DNA from: Macrostomum lignano
Lineage: Eukaryota
NCBI GenBank assembly: GCA_002269645.1
Contig: NIVC01000461.1
Span: 248,001 to 312,000, forward strand
DNA length: 64,000 bases
Direction of reading: 5' to 3'
Below are positions 56,278 through 64,000 of the stretch, piece after piece (the stretch's first letter is position 1; each line of letters starts with the position of its first letter). Position numbers and translations under genes: made by a program. Under the pieces are notes generated by a model. The model was not told the origin of the DNA. It did no database searches and saw nothing but the letters and a program-made list of their open reading frames with translations.

Positions 56278-59223
56278 CAGTCAGTCAGTCAGTCAGTCAG
56301 TTAGTTAGTCAGTTAGTTAGTTAGTTAGTAACCTACCGAATACCTACCGAACTGCGCAGAGAGCAAGTCGATTGCGGACAACCGCGAACTGGTCAGCAAC
56401 TCTGTGGCGGCAATAAACAATCTCACTTACTACATGTCAACCGAGCTGGCGTCCGATATGCCGGAACGGATGCTGCGCGTTGCTCAGGGTGAGTTTCTGT
56501 GGCACAGTTTGACCTGTACGAGATCAAATGAAACAAAAGAAGACTCTTACCTTGGAATTGCAGCCCTGTCACTGCTGATTCAGCGCGCTGACACTGACTT
56601 GCTTGTGGAGGCAATCCGGCCGTTCGGCAATCTGTCGCGAGAGAAGGCCGTACGCGACTGGATTGTGACCAGCCGCATCGATGAGGTGAGGGGCTTTTTG
56701 TTAAAGCAGCCGGTTATTAGAGTAGAAGGCGCAAAAAGGGGGCATCACAAACCCGAAATATCACAAACCCGAAATATCACAAACCCGAAATATCACAATC
56801 CCGAAATATCACAATCCCGAAATATCACAATCCCGAAATATCACAATCCCGAAATATAACAATCCCGAAATAACACAATCCCGAAATATCACAATCCCGA
56901 AATATAACAATCCCGAAATATCACAATCCCGAAATATCACAATCCCGAAATATAACAAACCTGAAATATCACAAACCCGAAATATCACAAACCCGAAATA
57001 TCACAAACCCGAAATATCACAAACCCAAAATATCACAATCCCAAAATATCGCAAACCCGAAATATAACAAACCTGAAATATCACAAACCCGAAACATCAC
57101 AAACCCGAAATATCACAAACCCGAAATATCACAAACCCGAAATATCACAAACCCGAAATATAACAAACCTGAAATATCACAAACCCGAAATATCACAAAC
57201 CCGAAACATCACAAACCCGAAATATCACAAACCCGAAATATCACAAACCCGAAATATCACAAACCCGAAATATCACAATCCCGAAATATCACAAACCCAA
57301 AATATCACAAACCTGAAATATCATAACTTCGAAAACCAAAATAACGTTGGGCGTTGCGAGCACTTTCGCGGTTATGTCTGTATGATATTTCGGATTTACG
57401 ATAGAAAGTGCTTTCGGAGTTGTGATTTTTCGTGTTTATGGTGGCAACCCGGCGCAAAATGTAAACGCCCCACCTGTGTGCTCCAATGAAATATTTAGAG
57501 GTAAGGAATGGGGGGGTAGGAAAGGGGTGAGTGGCTAGCATCGGTGAGTCAAGAAGGGAGTGGGGCGATCGATAAAGCGGTCAGGGGCAGGTAAATGGTG
57601 CATTACTTTGATATTGAATATGAGCGTATCAGCGCCTGATCGGCCTGAACCAAAGTTCCAATAAACCGTTTCCCGCGGTTTTCCTACGTTTCCTGAAATT
57701 CCGATTCGAAGCCTGATTAGTGCTGTCACTGCCTTTCCCTGCAAAACCAGGTGTTAATTACTCTGTTGGATTCGAGTCACGAGGCCGTGTACTCTGCGGC
57801 CGGGATCCTGCTCAATCTGGTGGCCGATCCCGACAAGCGCCAGGTGCTAAAGAAAGATGGAGGAGTCGAGAAGTGAGTTCTAGAGGATGCGATGGACCAA
57901 TACGAGGTACCCAAGTGTCTCAACCTCAATTCCCTCATTTTTAAATCCCATTTCTTAACCACCACACACTAACCCTGATTTTCAAACTTTAATTCCCCAA
58001 TCGTATTTCCCCAACAATAATTTCTCAATCCACATTCCACAACCCCACTCCCCCAACCCCACTCCCCTAGCCCCACTCCCCCAACCCCACTCTTTAACCC
58101 CACTCTCCCAACCCCACTCCCCAACCCCACTCCCCGAACCCCATTCCCCCAACCCCACTCTCCCAACCCCACTCCCCCAACCCCACTCCCCCAACCCCAC
58201 TCCCCCAACCCCACTCCCCCAACCCCACTCCCCGAACCACACTCCCCCAACCCCACTCCCCCAACCCCACTCCCCGAACCACACTCCCCCAACCCCACTC
58301 CCCCAACCCCACTCCCCCAACGAACCCCATTCCCCAACCCCACTCCCGAACCCCACTCCCCCAACCCCACTTCCCGAACCCCACTCCCTAAACCCCACTC
58401 CCCCAACCCCACTCCCCGAACCACACTCCCCCAACCCCACTCCCCAACCCCACCCCCCCAACCAACCCCATTCCCCCAACCCCACTCCCCGAACCCCACT
58501 CCCCGAACCCCACTCCCCGAACCCCACTCCCCAACCCCACTCCCCGAACCCCACACCCCAACCCCACTCCCGAACCCCACTTTCCCAACCCCACTCCCCC
58601 AACCCCATTCCCCCAACCCCACTCTCCCACCCACTCATTCAGCTGGGATCATAACCCCGCATGAAACTGGCCTTTCAGGCTGATCTCAGCTCTGACAGAT
58701 CTGGGCCAGAGCGACTGGCAGCTGGCCTGCGTCATCTGTCAGGCCCTGTGGAACTTCACCGAGGGCATGACGAGCTGCGCCGACTCGTTCGGCAGCGAGC
58801 AGACCGCACAGGAGCTCATCAGCTGCTTGGAACTCTTCACCGGTGAGTGTCTCTGCTGGACTGGCGAATCCTTACAATGTCTTTGTGCAACAGGGCCCAG
58901 ACAAAGATTTACCGAAAACCACAATCATATTCAAGCTTCAAGCAATCGTTGGATACTTCCGAGATAAATATCTATAACTGATTTTTTAAGAGACAAGCAT
59001 TGAAAGTACAATACATTACTAAAGTAGGATGTGGGTGGAATAATTGATTATCTGTCCATTCACAGATGAGGAGGCCGTAGAGGAATCGAACCGCCTCGCC
59101 GCCGGGTCAGACGAGGACACGTTCCAACACCTGCAGGACGTGTGGGAGTCCGACTTTGCCTACATTGGGACTCACCTATTGAAGCGACTCCGCCGGCACC
59201 AGAGCCAGTTCGAGCCGCTCTGA
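53091..59223 (+). CDS. ARMC2: Armadillo repeat-containing protein 2, 7 exons, about 825 aa if the 1 bp frameshift near 53710-53719 is corrected
   Basis: N-terminal TSAQIIEETRTWLREVKTKRPFTPR, ARM motifs (LRNL, LLANAAI, INNLTYY, FGNLSR, GILLNL, ALWNF) and C-terminal WESDF...LLKRLRRHQSQFEPL all match ARMC2. The GT-AG chain is phase-consistent. Confidence 0.9.
54340..54796. repeat. 32-35 bp minisatellite
   Basis: Unit ccaccctccctgactgtcagacattgaatcat. Confidence 0.93.
54834..55449 (+). CDS. ARMC2: ARMC2 exon 2
   Basis: VQVLGSLRNL...LRLLVTFV, phase 0/1. Confidence 0.9.
55473..56330. repeat. (TTAG)n microsatellite, about 200 units
   Basis: ttag with tcag, gtag and ctag variants. Confidence 0.98.
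56360..56488 (+). CDS. ARMC2: ARMC2 exon 3
   Basis: ESKSIADNRELVSNSVAAINNLTYY...RVAQ, phase 1/1. Confidence 0.88.
56564..56685 (+). CDS. ARMC2: ARMC2 exon 4
   Basis: ALSLLIQRADTDLLVEAIRPFGNLSR...SRIDE, phase 1/0. Confidence 0.88.
56737..57450. mobile_element. Foldback/MULE-like element, copy 2, with a 9 bp TSD
   Basis: TSD ggcgcaaaa at 56728-56736 and 57451-57459. The left arm has about 35 copies of the 16 bp unit, and the right end is an imperfect inverted copy of the left end. Confidence 0.85.
57751..57872 (+). CDS. ARMC2: ARMC2 exon 5
   Basis: VLITLLDSSHEAVYSAAGILLNLVADPDKRQVLKKDGGVE, phase 0/2. Confidence 0.9.
58030..58635. repeat. C-rich 14-15 bp minisatellite
   Basis: Unit ccccaaccccactc. 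Confidence 0.93.
58679..58842 (+). CDS. ARMC2: ARMC2 exon 6
   Basis: LISALTDLGQSDWQLACVICQALWNF...CLELFT, phase 2/1. Confidence 0.92.
59066..59223 (+). CDS. ARMC2: ARMC2 exon 7 (terminal)
   Basis: DEEAVEES...VWESDFAYIGTHLLKRLRRHQSQFEPL-TGA. Confidence 0.92.
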
Positions 59224-59626
59224 TTGACAGCTCGAAGATTGATAGCGTTAATATTGCTCACCTCTCGAGTTCTTGCTAATCACCATAGAAGCCTAAATTT
59301 CTAAAACATCGCGTGTGTCTCTTCACCTTTATTCTGTGTTTTTTACTTCACTAAAACAGTCCAAGCTAAAACAAAAACTGTTGCAAAACAATTCCGTCCT
59401 GAATTTTCCACTTTTTTGTGCACTTTTTGTCTGCTTTTTTCTCGCTCGCCTGCTTTCGCCAGCTGCAGTCGGTTGCAGTTTCTTAGTAGCTTACGCAAAT
59501 TGCTTTATTGCTGGACAGTCCTGCGTGCCTTTTCATTTGTTCTTCGTTTTTGCCTTGGCGAGGTTGCTAACCAATGCTTTCTTCATCGGGATGTGCAGTC
59601 AGCGATTCCTTGTGCGTGACAGGTCT

Positions 59627-60508
59627 GCTCTCTTAGATACCAGCTCCCTTAGATAGCAGCTCCCTTAGATAGCAGCTCCCTTAGATACCAGCTCCCTTAG
59701 ATACCAGCTCCCTTAGATACCAGCTCCCTTAGATAGCAGCTCCCTTAGATACCAGCTCCCTTAGATACCAGCTCCCTTAGATACCAGCTCCCTTAGATAC
59801 CAGCTCCCTTAGATACCAGCTCCCTTAGATACCAGCTCCCTTAGATACCAGCTCCCTTAGATAGCAGCTCCCTTAGATAGCAGCTCCCTTAGATACCAGC
59901 TCCCTTAGATACCAGCTCCCTTAGATACCAGCTCCCTTAGATAGCAGCTCCCTTAGATAGCAGCTCCCTTAGATAGCAGCTCCCTTAGATAGCAGCTCCC
60001 TTAGATAGCAGCTCCCTTAGATAGCAGCTCCCTTAGATAGCAGCTCCCTTAGATAGCAGCTCCCTTAGATAGCAGCTCCCTTAGATAGCAGCTCCCTTAG
60101 ATAGCAGCTCCCTTAGATAGCAGCTCCCTTAGATAGCAGCTCCCTTAGATAGCAGCTCCCTTAGATAGCAGCTCCCTTAGATACCAGCTCCCTTAGATAG
60201 CAGCTCCCTTAGATACCAGCTCTCTTAGATACCAGCTCTCTTAGATAGCAGCTCTCTTAGACAGCAACTCTCTTAGATAGCAGCTCCCTTAGATACCAGC
60301 TCTCTTAGACAGCAACTCTCTTAGATACCAGCTCTCTTAGATACCAGCTCTCTTAGATACCAGCTCTCTTAGACAGCAACTCTCTTAGATAGCAGCTCTC
60401 TTAGATACCAGCTCTCTTAGATACCAGCTCTCTTAGATACCAGCTCTCTTAGACAGCAACTCTCTTAGATAGCAGCTCTCTTAGATAGCAGCTCTCTTAG
60501 ATAGCAGC
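59627..60508. repeat. 16 bp minisatellite, about 55 copies
   Basis: Unit cagctc(c/t)cttagata(c/g). Confidence 0.97.
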
Positions 60509-60887
60509 CCTCAAATCTTCTGGGATAATAGCAGACCTCTAAAATAGTTATCTTCTTAGGGAACCTCATAGATGACAAGCCTCTGATTTTGCAATAAGAA
60601 AAATGTCAATCTGACCAACAAATTTAAACTAACAGACAGCAAATCCATTAACAGAAGACCATGCATATACCATGGACGAATCAGCAGAATTAGTCGTTCG
60701 CTTATTTGTAATTAAGTGTAGCCTATTTTCAGTAGTATAAAAGTACTTTGCATCGCTTTTTTAGTGTAAAATGATACTTAATTGTTGTATTTATTTGTCT
60801 GTTTTGATCCTTTTTTACCAGTAAACTTCACGTTTTTGCGAGAGTGTCGATAATATTTTTGTTCGCCTAAAAAGTGTGATTTTATTC

Positions 60888-61419
60888 CAGGGGTTGGCAA
60901 ACTATTTTATCTCCAGGGCTAAATAAAAAATCTAGCTCATGGCTGTGGGTCAGATGAGAGAGGAAAGGAGAGGGAACAGAAGAAAAAGAGGAATGAGAAT
61001 GCTCAAATGAGAGATGAAAGGAAAGTACGCTCGTAGAGAGAGGAGAGGAGAGCGGAGAAGGAAGCGAGAAGAGGGGAGAGAGAAGTGGGGAGAGAGAGAA
61101 GAGGGGAGAGAGAGAGAAGAGGGGGAGAGAGAAGAGGGGGAGAGAGAAGAGGGGAGAGAGATGAGGGGAGAGAAGAGGTGGGGAGAGAAGAGAGAGAGAA
61201 AGAAAAGGGAGATAGAAAATAGGGGTGAGAGAGAAGAGGGGTGAGAGAAGAGAGGAGAGAGAGATGAGGAGAGAAGGGGAGAGAGAGAAGAGAGGGAGAG
61301 AAGAAGGGAGATAGAATAGAGAAGAGAAAAGAGGGAGAAGAGAGCAGAGCTGATATGAGACACAAACCCAGAGCAGGTCAAATTGAGAGGCTTGGCCGGC
61401 AGGACTTTGCCGATCCCTG
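60888..61419. mobile_element. hAT-like MITE of the same family as 45667-46323, opposite orientation, with a GA-rich interior
   Basis: The start caggggttggcaaactattttatctccagggc...catggctgtggg matches the reverse complement of 46261-46323; the end is ttgccgatccctg. No clean TSD. Confidence 0.75.
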
Positions 61420-61852
61420 ATTTCTACACTAAGAATCTATGGCCCGAACCGGATTCTGTGGCGCCACATTCCAATTGGAATTACATGTGATACGGCTGTG
61501 AAGCGCTTTTAATCCGTTAATAATTCACTCGGCTTAACGTCCCTCCCTCCATTTAAGCTTCCTTTGTTAGATAATTAATTCTGCAATTCGAAAACTCTGC
61601 CCTCGCACAGACGCATTCGTGTTTATAGCTTGCATCGCACACTACTGGCATGCTAAGATTGACTCCGTCCACTCCGATAAAACAATTCCAACGGTTAGCT
61701 GCATCTATTTCGCTTCTGCATAGGCATATCTGATTGGACAGATATTTTTTTCTAAACAAAAATTTTATCGGCATATCATTGGCTTTTATTTTTGCCTCCT
61801 ATATGCGTGTGTTCGCTTCTCTGCTTGTTGCTGTTGTCAATTGCTTGAGTGG

Positions 61853-62425
61853 TTAGTGTGTGGGATAGAGTGGATAGTGTGTGGGATAGAGTGGGTAGTG
61901 TGTGGGATAGAGTGGGTAGTGTGTGGGATAGAGTGGTTAGTGTGTGGGATAGAGTGGGTAGTGTGTGGGATAGAGTGGGTAGTGTATGGGATAGAGTGGG
62001 TAGTGTGTGGGATAGAGTGGGTAGTGTGTGTGGATAGAGTGGGTAGTGTGTGGGATAGAGTGGGTAGTGTGTGGGATAGAGTGGGTAGTGTGTGGGATAG
62101 AGTGGGTAGTGTGTGGGATAGAGTGGGTAGTGTGTGGGATAGAGTGGGTAGTGTGTGGGATAGAGTGGGTAGTGTGTGGGATAGAGTGGGTAGTGTGTGG
62201 GATAGAGTGGGTAGTGTGTGGGATAGAGTGGGTAGTGTGTGGGATAGAGTGGGTAGTGTGTGGGATAGAGTGGGTAGTGTGTGGGATAGAGTGGGTAGTG
62301 TGTGGGATAGAGTGGGTAGTGTGTGGGATAGAGTGGGTAGTGTGTGGGATAGAGTGGGTAGTGTGTGGGATAGAGTGGGTAGTGTGTGGGATAGAGTGGG
62401 TAGTGTGTGGGATAGAGTGGGTAGG
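61853..62425. repeat. 21 bp minisatellite, about 27 copies
   Basis: Unit gtgtgggatagagtgggtagt. Confidence 0.97.
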
Positions 62426-63076
62426 ATTTGGATATTTCGTGGTGACTGAGGCACTGTGTACAACTTTGAGATGGGTTGGCTAGGGTGTTAGGTGGTGTGT
62501 AGCGTAGGTAAGTTAGTATTATGGGTTGGATTGAATATTTCCATAGTTTAGATTGTCCCCACCTGCAGCCCAGGTGCCCAGCTGTTAATGTTACGAGTAT
62601 TGTAATAATGTAAAAGCAGAACAAAACTTTCTGCTCTATTTCTTAACTTAGATTTTTGTGTGCATAATTTTTTCTCACGTTGCGAGCTAAATAAGCGTGT
62701 AACTCGTAAGATATATAAAAGGAAAGTAAAAGGAAAGTAAAAAGCGAAAATCTGGCCTTCTTAAAAGGTAAATCTTAACTTTGAGTACTTTCCGCAGAAG
62801 AAATACAAATTTTCGTTTGTTAAAATGTTTTTTTAATAATAAATAATTACTTTGTCTTGTAAATGCCTACTTTGCCACCTTAAACTAAACTATATACTAA
62901 GCTAAACTAAATCATCAGACTCTAAAGGCATCGTCTACTAGGCTTACAGTTTCATATAAATGCTGAAGTGCAAAAATTGCGTTTCTGAGAAATACTCGTA
63001 CATATGTGTACACGCGAAGTTAATCTAGTAGAATCGATAGCACCAAAAAATGAATTAAAAACTCAAACAGCCGGCC

Positions 63077-63373
63077 TCAGCTCTCGGCAGTCAGGAAGTC
63101 ATCTGACTCAAAGGACCCGTCTTTCTCATCGTCTTCGACCATCTTGTCGTCGGCGTTGTGCTGGTTGCCAGCTGCAGCAGCGGCGGCCGCGGCCTCCAGG
63201 CGGGCTACGCGGCTGCGCAAGTCGGCGCCCTCGGCGGCCAGGAGGCGCACAGTGTCGGCCAGGCGGTCAACTCGGTCGGACAGCCGAGCCAGGGGCGGTG
63301 AGGACCTCCGCGAGGACGACGACAAGTAGGTCGCGATCGGTGCAGCGGCCTGCGGCGATGGTGGCGACAGAAT
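63077..63373 (-). CDS. Probable terminal exon of an unidentified gene: short coiled coil, poly-A and acidic tail
   Basis: GC-rich open frame ILSPPSPQAAAPIATYLSSSSRRSSPPLARLSDRVDRLADTVRLLAAEGADLRSRVARLE...LTAES-stop with a cag acceptor at 63376-63374. The upstream exon was not resolved. Confidence 0.55.
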   Translation of the reverse strand: MLSPPSPQAAAPIATYLSSSSRRSSPPLARLSDRVDRLADTVRLLAAEGADLRSRVARLEAAAAAAAAGNQHNADDKMVEDDEKDGSFESDDFLTAES

Positions 63374-64000
63374 CTGTTTTTTTTTACTAATTCAACAGGT
63401 TTTTTTATTTTACGAGTATATGGGCTTCTCTATGTTCAGCCGAGATTGGGAATCGAACTTGGGACTTCCAATCGTCCAGGACTACTGGCAGGGGAAGCAA
63501 GAGAATTTCCGCCCGTGGGAGGGAAACCTCCCGCGGGAAAAGCTCAGCTCGCGCGGGAAATTTTCATAGGACTACCGGTGTCTGAGTCTTCATTTACATG
63601 TAATTCTGCACGTTTTTAACCATTGAACCAGCATTAAATGCGTTAGAAGTTCTATTTAACTACATGTATCAATTAGCATTTTTCTTGATTTCCGAGTAGA
63701 ACAGATGGCAACTGACTACGGAAAGATTAGCCTAAATTAATTCATCATCGCGCCGCAGGGGATGCTGCAATGGCGCGGCGCACCTGAGGTCTGCGAGCAG
63801 CTTGTCCATCACAGGACGGGGGGTAAAATGAGGCTCACTGTTGCTGCTTTTAGAACTCAGATTTTTATACACAGGTTGTTTATAGGTTGTTCAAAAGTTC
63901 ACACAGAACTTTAACAAAGTTGTACAACTAGTAAAGTAGCTCAAATCAATTGTACATCCGTTTTGGCCAGCAGAGCTGGCAGGGATAATGTGAACGGGAC

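Noticed and set aside
55473-56330. Telomeric array
   Set aside because: The unit is TTAG, not TTAGG or TTAGGG, and it lies inside an intron with intact exons on both sides.
57969-58638. Gly/Trp-rich 220 aa ORFs
   Set aside because: They are translations of the C-rich intronic repeat.
61776-62624. YPLYPTH, CGIEWVV and similar repeat proteins
   Set aside because: The 21 bp unit is open in several frames on both strands, with no start/stop context or unique domain.

Overview
Eukaryotic (animal) genomic DNA with GT-AG introns, GC-rich exons, AT-rich intergenic DNA and about 30 unrelated mini/microsatellite arrays. The style resembles Macrostomum-type flatworm assemblies, but that is inference only. 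Three genes are well supported by hand-built exon chains: an EMSY-like ENT-domain gene (minus strand, 2 coding exons, 12920-16521), an anoctamin/TMEM16 gene (plus, about 21 exons, 23089-47431, 3' tail uncertain) and ARMC2 (plus, 7 exons, 53091-59223, with a 1-bp frameshift near 53710-53719). There is also an orphan 216-aa ORF (6227-6877) and a probable terminal exon on the minus strand (63077-63373). Mobile DNA includes three copies of a tRNA-derived CORE-like SINE, two hAT-like MITEs, two foldback/MULE-like elements, and a TIR element with an 8-bp TSD carrying a nested MITE. Almost all long ORFs in the track are artefacts of stop-free repeat units. The strongest unexplained signal is a set of sharply bounded CpG deserts starting about 100 bp upstream of the EMSY and ARMC2 start codons. 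Repeats in or next to them show CG to TG/CA/TA decay, while exons and other introns stay CpG-rich. All counts and alignments were done by eye.
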